From contig JABLTJ010000012.1 in NCBI GenBank assembly GCA_013166775.1, positions 18,132-82,131 of the forward strand: a stretch of DNA of 64,000 nt, written 5' to 3'. Each line of letters begins with the position of its first letter. The first letter of the stretch is position 1. The position numbers were made by a program, and so were the translations under genes. Below the pieces are notes generated by a model. That model was not told the origin of the DNA. It saw only the letters and a program-made list of their open reading frames with translations, and made no database searches. Of the stretch, positions 18,825 to 28,550 are shown in pieces. Source of the DNA: Promethearchaeati archaeon (GTDB lineage Archaea > Asgardarchaeota > Heimdallarchaeia > Heimdallarchaeales > Heimdallarchaeaceae).

Positions 18825-19814
18825 TTATTTAATTTGTGCTGTTTTGAGATTTGTTTTATAATAAGGAGATTTTCGAATTAAATATCTTCTAATAAAAGAA
18901 CGCAACAAGAAAACAAAAAAACGCGAATATCGCATTTTATCATTTATTTCTGCAAGAAAATCGTCAAATGAATGATGTTGGTAATTCAATAATTTCTGCG
19001 ATTCTTCAGTTTCTAACCAATTAGTATAATACCAATCATCCTTCGTTTCTGGTTCTTTGAAAACTGCTTCTGGAAGCATCCCAATTCCTAATACTTGAAA
19101 ATACTTAGTCAGAAAATCACGATTTATATACTGACATTTCTTACCTCCACCAAGCATCATAATTCTTCCTTCAGTTTGAAATGTAACAGCATTAGCAAAG
19201 GCAAGTCCTACATCATAAGTATGAGCAAATTCTATTTTTTGTCCCATAGGTATTTCATATAGAAGATTCATTGCATTATCTCTAAGGGATAGTGAAGGAA
19301 CAGCAGTGGTTCTAAAAATTATCCATGGTAATCCACTTTCTTGGATGATATTTTCTGCTTCAGCTTTTGTTTTAGTATAAACATCTGAGGGATTGATTGG
19401 ATGTTCTACGGTTCTAGGAGGCAAATCTGGAGCTTGAGGACCATAGATAGATATCGAACTTGGAAAAATAATCTTTGGTGGATTCTTTTGCTTTTTCGCT
19501 TCTTTCAAAAGAACTTTTGTCCCTTCAACATTAATTAGATAAGCAAGTGCAGGTTTTTTCTCAGTAAGTGGAGGAGTTATACCTGCTAAATGAATTATAC
19601 AGTCTTGATCTTTTACTGTTTCAGCGATTAAAACCTCATTTAGGATATCTCCAAAAATTGTTTTGAAATCATACTCTCTTAGAAGTCGTTTAGCGAATTT
19701 TAGATTCTTATTTGTAAGCAGGTCAAAGCAAGTAACACAGTGTTTTGCTTTTGCTAGAAACTTCAAAGTACTCTGTCCCAAATTCCCATATGCACCTGTA
19801 AGGAGAACATTCAT
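18825..19814 (-). CDS. NAD-dependent epimerase/dehydratase (extended SDR, 3-beta-HSD-like)
   Basis: LLTGAYGNLG, IIHLAG, NVEGT, SSISIYG, YTKTK. Confidence 0.9.
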   Translation of the reverse strand: MNVLLTGAYGNLGQSTLKFLAKAKHCVTCFDLLTNKNLKFAKRLLREYDFKTIFGDILNEVLIAETVKDQDCIIHLAGITPPLTEKKPALAYLINVEGTKVLLKEAKKQKNPPKIIFPSSISIYGPQAPDLPPRTVEHPINPSDVYTKTKAEAENIIQESGLPWIIFRTTAVPSLSLRDNAMNLLYEIPMGQKIEFAHTYDVGLAFANAVTFQTEGRIMMLGGGKKCQYINRDFLTKYFQVLGIGMLPEAVFKEPETKDDWYYTNWLETEESQKLLNYQHHSFDDFLAEINDKMRYSRFFVFLLRSFIRRYLIRKSPYYKTNLKTAQIK

Positions 19815-19874
19815 AATTAGAAGTATTCTGATAAGAAATTTAAGCTTTCTTAAGGAAGAAAAAAGAGAAGAAGA

Positions 19875-21653
19875 TTATTTCTTACGTTTCGATGAGCTAC
19901 CTTTTGTTAGTGAATACGTAATAACAGAGACTATTATCTGCAAACCTAGAACAACGCCAGCCATTATTAGAATCTCTGATAAGCTTAGTGAAGTGAATAA
20001 TCCAGTTTTAGTTTCTTCAGCAATCTCTACATATTCTACATTTGAAATTGCACTGGTTCCATACTCGTTATTTGCAAGGATAGCATAGTAATAAAAACCA
20101 GTTTCGTTTAGTGTATCAGTAAAAGAAACATCAGTAGTAATAGATAGAGGTTCCCTTCCTGAAATTGACCAGATGTAAGAAGTATCACGATAGACAGCAT
20201 ATTCTTCTGCACTCAAGATTTCACTCCATTCTAAAGAAACATTCCCGATGGATGAAGGATTAGGTATAATTGGAGATAATATTGGAATAGAGGGAGTACC
20301 AGCAAATTTACGATAACAGATATCAGGATCGGTTCCTGAGCTGTCAAGATCTTCCTGTTCAATCCAGACGCAAGAAACAAAACCAAATGAATCTACTTCT
20401 AATTCTGGTTGATGCGATAAATCATTACTCTCCACAGATACGACTTCAGTTATAGACCATTGATTTATACTTGGATCCCTAAACTTGAAGAATATGTCAA
20501 AATCCGTTCCAGCCCCACTATATTCTGTTGCATCATACCATGCAACAAAAACAAAACCGTTTTTGTCTACGACTATATCTGGATGTTCAGTACTATGTCT
20601 GCTTTCACTAGAAACAACTTCAGTTAAACCCCAAGAATCAGAAGAAGTATAGAGCTTTTTGTAGAATAAATCCTGATTAATACCTGAATCTAAATAATCA
20701 GCATAATCAGCCCATATTACATGTATATCGTCATTTTGATCAAGAGCAATTTTAGGATTATATGAATTTAGGTCACTAAAAGAATTTAATAGGTTCAGAT
20801 CAGACAATGTTGAAGTATAAACATTCCATCTTCGATAAAAGATATCACCGTCAGTGTCAGCTCCGAGTATATCAGTATAATCATACCAGACAAAATGCAC
20901 ATCACCCGAGAGTGAGTTTGCTACAATTTGAGGTTTATAGGCATAAGCGCTACTTTCAGTTGAAATCAATGTAGTTGATGACCATGAAGAAGCTGTATCA
21001 TTGTAAAATTTCAAGAAAATATCGTTATCTCCATCAGCTCCGAGAATATCTGTTGGATCTGACCACGCAATGTATAAATTATCATTGTTGTCTACATAAA
21101 TAGTCAACTCTTCATGTATCGTTAGAGTACTATCAGTTGAAATCACAGAAGTAATAGTCCATGATCCCCCAGCATTTTTCTTTTTGTAGAAAACATCTCT
21201 ATCTGTATCAGCACCTAAATAGTCAGACCAATCTGTCCAAGCAATATGTATGTCATCATTTGTATCCACTGCTATTACTGGATGAAGAGAGGTATCAGTA
21301 CTTTCTGAAGACACTAATTCAAGAGGAGACCAAGTTTCAATCTCTGAGTTATATGAGATATAGAATATATCCGAATCTCCACCAGAACTAAGTAGATCTG
21401 GTGTATTATCGTACCAAACAACATGAATGTTATTATCTGAATCTATTGCTATTTGAGGACTATATGCGTTAGCTGTACTGGTATCTGATAAAATTTCATA
21501 GTTAGACCAGAACCAGGAGGAATTTGCATTTGGAAGAGAAGGATGAGCATCATTATCAATAAAAGCTTGAGGTAGAATACAACAGGAAATCATTAAGGAC
21601 AAGGTTATTAAAACAGCTAAAACTAATCTAAAGAATATGTCTATTTTTTTCAA
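19875..21653 (-). CDS. Cell-surface protein: signal peptide, 7 Asp-rich beta-propeller-type repeats, FnIII-like domain, C-terminal TM (family member A)
   Basis: Seven ~57-aa repeats (IAxDxxxxIHxxWxD...GxDxDIFY...W...VSxES); FnIII (LEWS..Y.VYR..YYYAI.A.N.YG.S..SN); TM plus basic tail. Confidence 0.8.
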   Translation of the reverse strand: MKKIDIFFRLVLAVLITLSLMISCCILPQAFIDNDAHPSLPNANSSWFWSNYEILSDTSTANAYSPQIAIDSDNNIHVVWYDNTPDLLSSGGDSDIFYISYNSEIETWSPLELVSSESTDTSLHPVIAVDTNDDIHIAWTDWSDYLGADTDRDVFYKKKNAGGSWTITSVISTDSTLTIHEELTIYVDNNDNLYIAWSDPTDILGADGDNDIFLKFYNDTASSWSSTTLISTESSAYAYKPQIVANSLSGDVHFVWYDYTDILGADTDGDIFYRRWNVYTSTLSDLNLLNSFSDLNSYNPKIALDQNDDIHVIWADYADYLDSGINQDLFYKKLYTSSDSWGLTEVVSSESRHSTEHPDIVVDKNGFVFVAWYDATEYSGAGTDFDIFFKFRDPSINQWSITEVVSVESNDLSHQPELEVDSFGFVSCVWIEQEDLDSSGTDPDICYRKFAGTPSIPILSPIIPNPSSIGNVSLEWSEILSAEEYAVYRDTSYIWSISGREPLSITTDVSFTDTLNETGFYYYAILANNEYGTSAISNVEYVEIAEETKTGLFTSLSLSEILIMAGVVLGLQIIVSVITYSLTKGSSSKRKK

Positions 21654-21731
21654 ATTTTAATCACTAATTGAAAGGATTCTCAATAGTAACTATAAATTTT
21701 GTCCAAAAAAAAAAGTAAAAAAAAGAAGAAA

Positions 21732-23513
21732 CTACTTCTTCTTACCTTTTGAGGGTGGTGTCTTCAGAATTACAACCATCGTTAGTGTCAGAATTATCTG
21801 TAAAGCACCCACTATACCAACGATTATAATGACTTCTCCCCAATTAAAATCTTCAAAGAATCCTTGTTGATCAGCTGGATCATGAACTACGACTGATTCA
21901 ACATTTGATAAATCACTATCTGCATAATCATTACTCGCTATTACTGAATAGTAGTAAGTTCCGCTTGCATTCAACTCATCCTCGAAAGTATTCGTACTAA
22001 CAGAAGCTATTGGAGTTAGAGAATCAGTGGTTGAGATGTATGATAAATCTCTATAGATGTCATAATTTAAAGCACCAAAGGATTCTTCCCAATCAATTGT
22101 TATATTTCCAACTATTGATGGATTAGGTGAAATTGGGTATAAAGTAATATCCTCAGGCGGTCCTACGAATTTTCGATAGAAGATATCATAATCAAACCCA
22201 CAACCATCATAATCTGTCTCATCATACCATACAATATGAACATGACCTAAACCATCTACAGCAATAATAGGAACAAATGAATTAAGTGTCATTTCATTGG
22301 AAACTAGTGTTAATGATGACCAATCATCAGAAGGTGAATTTTTAAATTTATAATAGATATCATAATCAGAACCAGTGCCTGGAAAAGGTGTTAAGTCTTC
22401 CCACGTAACATGTACTATTCCCTTCTTATCTACTGCTACTGTAGCATAAGTAGATACGGTTGTACTTTCGATGGTGATAACTTCAGTCGTTGACCAAGAT
22501 GATAATTGAGGATCATAATATTTGTAAAAAATATCTTTATCTACACTAGACTCTTCATAGTCTGTTATATCTTCCCAAACAATATGTATCTTCCCTACAT
22601 TGTCAATAGTCATGGATGGATGGCGTGAATCGTCAGTACTTTCAGAGCTGATAAAAATAAGTGGTAACCAATCTGCTTCTGCGACCATGTATTTTTTATA
22701 AAAAATATCTTGATCAGCCCCACTACCTAAATCAGAGTAATCATACCAAGCAAAGTGAATATCATCATTATCAGCTATAATAACATCTGGATTATATGAA
22801 CCAGTATCTGATTCTGTAGACACTAAAGTCATTCCCAACCAGGTACTTGTTAATACAGTTAGACTATTGTAAAAAATATCATAATCTGAACCTCCAAGAT
22901 CACCAACATCTGTTTGGTCTGTCCAAGCTATAGATGGATTTCCACTATTATCAACATCAATTGATACCTGCTGTAAATTTGCTGTACTATCAGTGGACAC
23001 TAGTTCTGAAGTAGTCCAGACCCCTGCAGGAGTTCTTCTTTTGTAGAACACATCACGATCTGAACCAGCACCAAGAATGTCTGTAAAATCTACCCAAGCA
23101 ACGTGGATATTGTTATTTTTGTCAATAGCTATTGCTGGGTTGTCAGAATTTCCACTACTCTCAGTTGATACAGTTTCAGGATCTGACCAAATTTTTGTTT
23201 CAGAGTCCCATCTCATGTAAAATACGTCTCTATCAGAACCTGATCCATCTAAATCACTAGTATCATCATTGAATACGAAATGAATGTTATTATTATCATC
23301 AATTTTAATGGCTTGACCATGAGAATCATCACTAGTTTGAGATAGAACCTCAACAGATGGCCAGAACCATGTCGATTTGTCACTTTGAACTACTTGATAG
23401 ACATTGTTCGAGATATTTTGTTCACCTTGAATTCTAATTAACAAAGAGCTAGAAAACATCATAGTTGATAAAATCAAACTTAAACAGAAAAACAGTTTTT
23501 TTCTTTTTACCAT
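21732..23513 (-). CDS. Cell-surface beta-propeller/FnIII/TM protein (family member B, tandem paralog)
   Basis: Same architecture and repeat consensus as 19875-21653. Confidence 0.8.
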   Translation of the reverse strand: MVKRKKLFFCLSLILSTMMFSSSLLIRIQGEQNISNNVYQVVQSDKSTWFWPSVEVLSQTSDDSHGQAIKIDDNNNIHFVFNDDTSDLDGSGSDRDVFYMRWDSETKIWSDPETVSTESSGNSDNPAIAIDKNNNIHVAWVDFTDILGAGSDRDVFYKRRTPAGVWTTSELVSTDSTANLQQVSIDVDNSGNPSIAWTDQTDVGDLGGSDYDIFYNSLTVLTSTWLGMTLVSTESDTGSYNPDVIIADNDDIHFAWYDYSDLGSGADQDIFYKKYMVAEADWLPLIFISSESTDDSRHPSMTIDNVGKIHIVWEDITDYEESSVDKDIFYKYYDPQLSSWSTTEVITIESTTVSTYATVAVDKKGIVHVTWEDLTPFPGTGSDYDIYYKFKNSPSDDWSSLTLVSNEMTLNSFVPIIAVDGLGHVHIVWYDETDYDGCGFDYDIFYRKFVGPPEDITLYPISPNPSIVGNITIDWEESFGALNYDIYRDLSYISTTDSLTPIASVSTNTFEDELNASGTYYYSVIASNDYADSDLSNVESVVVHDPADQQGFFEDFNWGEVIIIVGIVGALQIILTLTMVVILKTPPSKGKKK

Positions 23514-23660
23514 AATAAAACCTCTAAAGCTAAGATACTGTAATTGAACCTATAAGTATTTTCTAGAAAAGTTAGATTTCAGAATTAATGAATTAATTTA
23601 TAAATGCTTCAACTTACCGCTCATCGCAAGAGAGTCTCTCTCTTTTAAGAAAATAATTCG

Positions 23661-23978
23661 GTGAAAAAAATGACAATTAAAATTACGGTTTTAAAGATGC
23701 TTAATCCAAAGGAAGTATTTGGGAAAGAGATAAAGAATCCAGAAGGAAAAACTGTTCCTACATGCTCTGCTTTCGAAGAAGGGCAAGAATTTCTAATTGA
23801 GAAACTAAATAAACCGGAAAATTTCTGTGGATGGGCATGGAGAGATATCTACAAGGATTTATCTGTTTTAGATTTTGGCGGAGATTTTAGCTGGTCTGAA
23901 CCAAATCAAGCAATAACTTGCTGTACAGATGGTATGAGACCTGTGATTTTCAAATTGGAAAGATTGGTAGAACAGTAA
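23661..23978 (+). CDS. TIGR04076-family small Cys-containing protein
   Basis: KITVLK...C..F.EGQEF...PENFCGWAW.DI...CCTDGMRPVIFKLER. Confidence 0.85.
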   Translation: MKKMTIKITVLKMLNPKEVFGKEIKNPEGKTVPTCSAFEEGQEFLIEKLNKPENFCGWAWRDIYKDLSVLDFGGDFSWSEPNQAITCCTDGMRPVIFKLERLVEQ

Positions 23979-24811
23979 TGATAAATGAAGAAATTCCACT
24001 CATAGAAGAAGCTCTTCGAAATTATGGTGAAGCATTCCAAGAGTGGAACATAGAAAAATTATCAATTGCTTTTCACCCTGAAGCTATGACTTATTGGTTT
24101 ATTCCAGAGAGAGGAGGTTTCATCAAGGGTTATTGTTACGGATGGATTAGAATGTTCTTGAGAAACCAGAAAGATAATCCAGGAACCAATTTCATACCCT
24201 TTCCTGAAGAAATTGACTATGAGGGAACAGCAGCTTATGTTAGATTGAGATTTCTTGTTGAAGATGCTCAGGATCCAAGAGATACTACTGATTATCTAAC
24301 ACTACTGAAGTTCAGAGAAGGTTGGAATATCATTCACAAATCAGGTTTTACTAGGAGTATTTCTTTAGAAGAACTTAACACTATTCTTAAAGAGAAACAG
24401 GAAACAGTCAGAAATAATCCTGAGGAAGTAGAAAAAATCGAAAGAGTTCTAAAAACATATGCGGATGCATTTCATGAATTAGACAAGAATAAAGTTGTTC
24501 AGGTTTTTCATAACGATATGAAAGTCAATAGTTTAGATGTTGAAAATAATAAATTCAGGAATCGGTTCAGATCTCTTGCTGATTGGAGAGAAGTTATTGA
24601 TAATCACAAAAGAATGAATATATCTTTTAAAACAGAAGTAGAAAAAATAGATCAGCTTGGCAGTTCTGCTGTAGCAAAAATGAGATGGTTTGCTTTTAGA
24701 GAAGATGGAACATCCGAAACTGTTGATTTTCTTACTTTGCTTAAAGTTGATGGAAGATGGCTAATAGTAAATAAGACTTGCTATAGTCAGTTTAAGCCAA
24801 AAAAAGATTGA
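23978..24811 (+). CDS. Tandem NTF2-like (lumazine-binding-2 type) domain protein
   Basis: Two copies of Y..AF...AFHP...IDxxGxxA....DxLTLLKxxxxWxIVxK; true start probably the ATG at 23978 overlapping the upstream stop (TAATG). Confidence 0.8.
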   Translation: MINEEIPLIEEALRNYGEAFQEWNIEKLSIAFHPEAMTYWFIPERGGFIKGYCYGWIRMFLRNQKDNPGTNFIPFPEEIDYEGTAAYVRLRFLVEDAQDPRDTTDYLTLLKFREGWNIIHKSGFTRSISLEELNTILKEKQETVRNNPEEVEKIERVLKTYADAFHELDKNKVVQVFHNDMKVNSLDVENNKFRNRFRSLADWREVIDNHKRMNISFKTEVEKIDQLGSSAVAKMRWFAFREDGTSETVDFLTLLKVDGRWLIVNKTCYSQFKPKKD

Positions 24812-24823
24812 TTTCTTATTGAG

Positions 24824-25651
24824 GTGAAGAAGATAAAGAATAATAATTTAACAGAAATTCAAGAAATCAAGAATACTGTTCACGATTTCTATAATGGAAT
24901 CTTTGAACATGACTATGATAAAATCTGTTCTTTTTTTTATTCAGAAGGAAAATCAATGGGTTACAGTTCTAGAAGAAAGGAGATTGGTATTGTTTCCAGA
25001 AATCATTGGAAAGAGATGTTTGAAAATAATCCAATAGATCCTAATCAGAGATATCACTTTGAGATAGCAAATATTGAATATTTCAAAACTGCAGCAACAG
25101 TTCAAATTGACATCTGGGAGGAATTTGATGAAACTAGGATGGAATACAGAGATTTTCTATCTCTACTTAAATTGGAAAGTAAGTGGTTGATTGTAAACAA
25201 GGTTTTTCACAGCAATACTATGCAAATAAACAAAACAGCAGTGAAACAAAATGGGGAAACGGAAATGAAACATAAACAAACAGATGATATAGATCTGATA
25301 ATTAAGACAGTTCAGTATTATATAGACGCTGTTACTAATATTGAGCTTTCTAAAGTGAAAAAAGCTTGGCACACAAACGGCCAAAGAATATTTGTTGATA
25401 AGAAAAGCAATGAAATTGTTTTCTTAGAAAGTCCAGTGAAAGACGATGTTAAGAAGATAGAGTCTGCACTTAAGAACACAAAACAAAGATGCATGATTGA
25501 GAGCATAAATAAGAGTGGTACATCTGCTACTGCACGAATTAAATGGTTTGTTGAGAGTCCAGATTGGGTAGGTACTGAGATAAATTTCTTGTCACTTCTC
25601 AAAAGGGAGGATAAATGGGAAATTGTAGGAAAAATTGCTCACAAAGATTAG
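24824..25651 (+). CDS. Tandem NTF2-like (lumazine-binding-2 type) domain protein, paralog
   Basis: Two copies ending DFLSLLKLESKWLIVNK and NFLSLLKREDKWEIVGK. Confidence 0.8.
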   Translation: MKKIKNNNLTEIQEIKNTVHDFYNGIFEHDYDKICSFFYSEGKSMGYSSRRKEIGIVSRNHWKEMFENNPIDPNQRYHFEIANIEYFKTAATVQIDIWEEFDETRMEYRDFLSLLKLESKWLIVNKVFHSNTMQINKTAVKQNGETEMKHKQTDDIDLIIKTVQYYIDAVTNIELSKVKKAWHTNGQRIFVDKKSNEIVFLESPVKDDVKKIESALKNTKQRCMIESINKSGTSATARIKWFVESPDWVGTEINFLSLLKREDKWEIVGKIAHKD

Positions 25652-26496
25652 AGATATGCAATTTCTAGAGCTTGTAATAGTTCAGCAGGGATTATCCTAT
25701 CCTCTGCAAATTCCCAAAGGCTTGGATCTCTGCGTTCCATAGAAGGAGGATTAACAGCTCTTCTAAGAAGGAAGTATAAAATGTCTTTTGAAGAAATAAA
25801 AGCAATTGTCCAATTCTCATTTTTTATTGCTTTTTTGGCATCTATAACTTCTGTCCACTCTCTTTCGAATCTTGCTTCTTCAAATAATTTCATTGTAATC
25901 TGAAATAGATCTTTTGCTCTAGTTTCATCAGCTGGTAAATGTAATTCAGGATAATCTTTAAGTCTGTGAGTGATTGGTAATCCGTTATCAAATCGATTTT
26001 CAAATAAAGCAAGCATATGCAAATTCTCTTCATAAGCATTTTTTGCCCAAGGAGTTTTTGGAGGTTTACCCATCATTTTAATGAATATTCTATGCTCAGG
26101 TTTCCATTCCCACTCTTGACATAACGTGATTCTGTTTTGAATAAACTGTTCTTTTTCAAACCAAACTTCACAATTTCGTAGAAAGGAGAGATAAAGAGAT
26201 GCTTGATAAATATCGCTTAAACTTTCAATCTGCTTGTTCAGTGCTTTCATCATATATTCTACGTCATGAAACCATACATCAAGAATCTTACCTTGAAATT
26301 CATATTTTTTATTATGTATAAATGGAGTTTGATTTGTTCTAATCACGACTAAATCAATATCACTAAATTCTTTAGCAGTTCCATCAGCCCAAGATCCCAC
26401 AAGTAACACAGCTAGAGTGTTCTCATCTAGTAAATCTTCCAAAACCAGATTTTTTAATTTAGTAAGAATTTCGGATTCAACTGATTTCTCTTCCAT
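25648..26496 (-). CDS. Pol-beta-superfamily nucleotidyltransferase domain protein
   Basis: VLLVGSWADG.....SDIDLVVI plus a third Asp in ILDVWF; helical C-terminal half. Confidence 0.82.
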   Translation of the reverse strand: MEEKSVESEILTKLKNLVLEDLLDENTLAVLLVGSWADGTAKEFSDIDLVVIRTNQTPFIHNKKYEFQGKILDVWFHDVEYMMKALNKQIESLSDIYQASLYLSFLRNCEVWFEKEQFIQNRITLCQEWEWKPEHRIFIKMMGKPPKTPWAKNAYEENLHMLALFENRFDNGLPITHRLKDYPELHLPADETRAKDLFQITMKLFEEARFEREWTEVIDAKKAIKNENWTIAFISSKDILYFLLRRAVNPPSMERRDPSLWEFAEDRIIPAELLQALEIAYL

Positions 26497-26729
26497 CGTG
26501 ATGTGAAGGAATTTCTAGAATATTAGTTTATCTGAAAACAGTAGCATCATTAGCAGTTGGATTCTCTACTAAGCTTACTTAGAACTGGATATTAGAGTTT
26601 CTAACTGTTACCTAAAGAGTAAACTTGAAAAATCAATAGAAACTAATTCAATTGTTTCAAATTGGTTGGAAAGTGAAACAATTTAGGTGATCGTTTAAAA
26701 ATAGTTCAAATTTATGGTGAGGTCTCTCT

Positions 26730-28538
26730 ATGTCCACAAGGCAAATCCTCCAAGAAGTACTTGATATCATGAATGATATTCATACCACTGTAACTAATAT
26801 CAATTGGAGAGATTATTCGGAAACTCGAGTGAAGATTTTAGTTACCAGGAAAACTGATGAGCTGAAACACATTATAAGTGATCTACCGGATGAAGATATT
26901 TTCAGCTCTGATGAAGCATCAACGTTTTTTGAAAAAATCCTTGACAAAATCACAAGAATTCTAAGTAATTTACCTTCAGATAAAATGCCTTTACAATGGT
27001 ACGAATTAGAACTATGGAGGTTAAGATATGCTTCTATGTATGCTTTACAGTGGGGACATGGGGGTGAATTACAGGTGGCAGGTACAGCTCATGCTCTTGC
27101 TAATGTTCTTATTGGAATTCAGACTATGGATGTGCAGGATCTCATCGTAGATTGGGATCATCCTGAATTTGAAAAACGAAGGAAATTAATTTTGAATTAT
27201 CTCAATTCTGCTTATCTTTTCTTCTTTAGTTTGTGCACATCTCTTAACCATATTTACAAACATGATGTTGAACATTGGTTATCGGAAGGAGTTAAGGCAA
27301 GTATTCAGTATCTAAAATATCTGGATTACTTCTGGAATGTCCCTAAAAATATCCAACTTGAAAAGAAGAAATATAAGAATGTAAGAGATCCTAATTATTC
27401 CCCATATTATGCGACTTTTGCTGGAATTGATTACATAGTTTCTTTCCTCTTGGATTTACAGAAATACTTCTTCAGAGATAATATAAAAATTGACACTAAA
27501 GAAGAAATCATAAATCTCAGAGAACCTGAAAAATTTCTTGAATCTCTTCAGAAGCTGGTAGAAAAAGGAGAAAATTATATTGCTGATTTCAAAAAACATG
27601 TGGATGAAGGATTTTTTGACATCAATGAAGAGCCATTGAATGATCCAGATATAAAAGAAACGATTTACGAATTATATGTATCCAAGATCTGGATAAAAGG
27701 TTTAATCGCAATAAATGAGCTAGTCATTAATGAGAATGAAGATGAGATTACTTCTTTAGTAGAATCGGTGATTCCTGAGTTATTCAAGTATGTAGATAAA
27801 TATAACCATCTCTTTAGTGAAGAGGATTTCATTCATAGTCAAATAGCTGATGGGATTAATTCAATTCTCAACGAAGTGATTTTATTTTCAGGAGTCATTG
27901 CAATAAAAACAGGGAAAACTTCAGATATAGAGAAAATTGAAAATGATTATAGAATGTTTTTCACTGAAGAAGCTATGAAAAGATATCCAACACTCAATGG
28001 TCTTTTTACAACATTTAAAATCACAAATTCAATCATAAAAGATGAAATCATCAATCTAGAAAAATATGCTCTGAAACTAATTCAACTCTCCGAGTATACT
28101 TTATACGAATCAAGGAATTCTTTTTCTTATTCTCTATTAGGTAACATGATTCTCTTAATTCTTGGTTCTATTTCAAAAGAAGAGTTCCAGAAAAATGTTA
28201 GAGATAAATTTGAATATTTGTTGCCTTCATTTTCAGAGAGCTTGATTTCAGAGATAGAGATTTATCTAGCAAATCTTAATCTAGCACTGAACGATGAGCA
28301 ATCTTCTTTCGATATGAACAGATTACTAATACCACAATATTTTGACCCTTATTCAGTTTTCATTCCTGAGTTAGGTATGCTAGCAAAGAAGTTTGAATTT
28401 AAAGAGATAGTGTATTTACCATTTAATCTTCAGAAGGACTACTTAGCTGATTCTGACCAAAAAATGATGAAGCAAATTGATACAGCTATAGAACAAACTG
28501 AAACATCCGTAGAACAACCAGATACACTTTCAGATTGA
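26730..28538 (+). CDS. Hypothetical, predominantly helical 602-aa protein
   Basis: Long ORF with a GGTGAGG SD motif upstream; no recognisable motif. Confidence 0.7.
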   Translation: MSTRQILQEVLDIMNDIHTTVTNINWRDYSETRVKILVTRKTDELKHIISDLPDEDIFSSDEASTFFEKILDKITRILSNLPSDKMPLQWYELELWRLRYASMYALQWGHGGELQVAGTAHALANVLIGIQTMDVQDLIVDWDHPEFEKRRKLILNYLNSAYLFFFSLCTSLNHIYKHDVEHWLSEGVKASIQYLKYLDYFWNVPKNIQLEKKKYKNVRDPNYSPYYATFAGIDYIVSFLLDLQKYFFRDNIKIDTKEEIINLREPEKFLESLQKLVEKGENYIADFKKHVDEGFFDINEEPLNDPDIKETIYELYVSKIWIKGLIAINELVINENEDEITSLVESVIPELFKYVDKYNHLFSEEDFIHSQIADGINSILNEVILFSGVIAIKTGKTSDIEKIENDYRMFFTEEAMKRYPTLNGLFTTFKITNSIIKDEIINLEKYALKLIQLSEYTLYESRNSFSYSLLGNMILLILGSISKEEFQKNVRDKFEYLLPSFSESLISEIEIYLANLNLALNDEQSSFDMNRLLIPQYFDPYSVFIPELGMLAKKFEFKEIVYLPFNLQKDYLADSDQKMMKQIDTAIEQTETSVEQPDTLSD

Positions 28539-28550
28539 ATAATATGGTTT

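Noticed and set aside
19875-23513. Calling the propeller proteins integrins or sialidases
   Set aside because: No FG-GAP/GFFKR motifs and no sialidase Arg triad recognised; only the architecture is analogous
25648-26496. CBASS/cGAS-like or MNT-HEPN toxin-antitoxin system
   Set aside because: No effector, Cap or HEPN partner gene adjacent; only the generic GS..DxD motif is present
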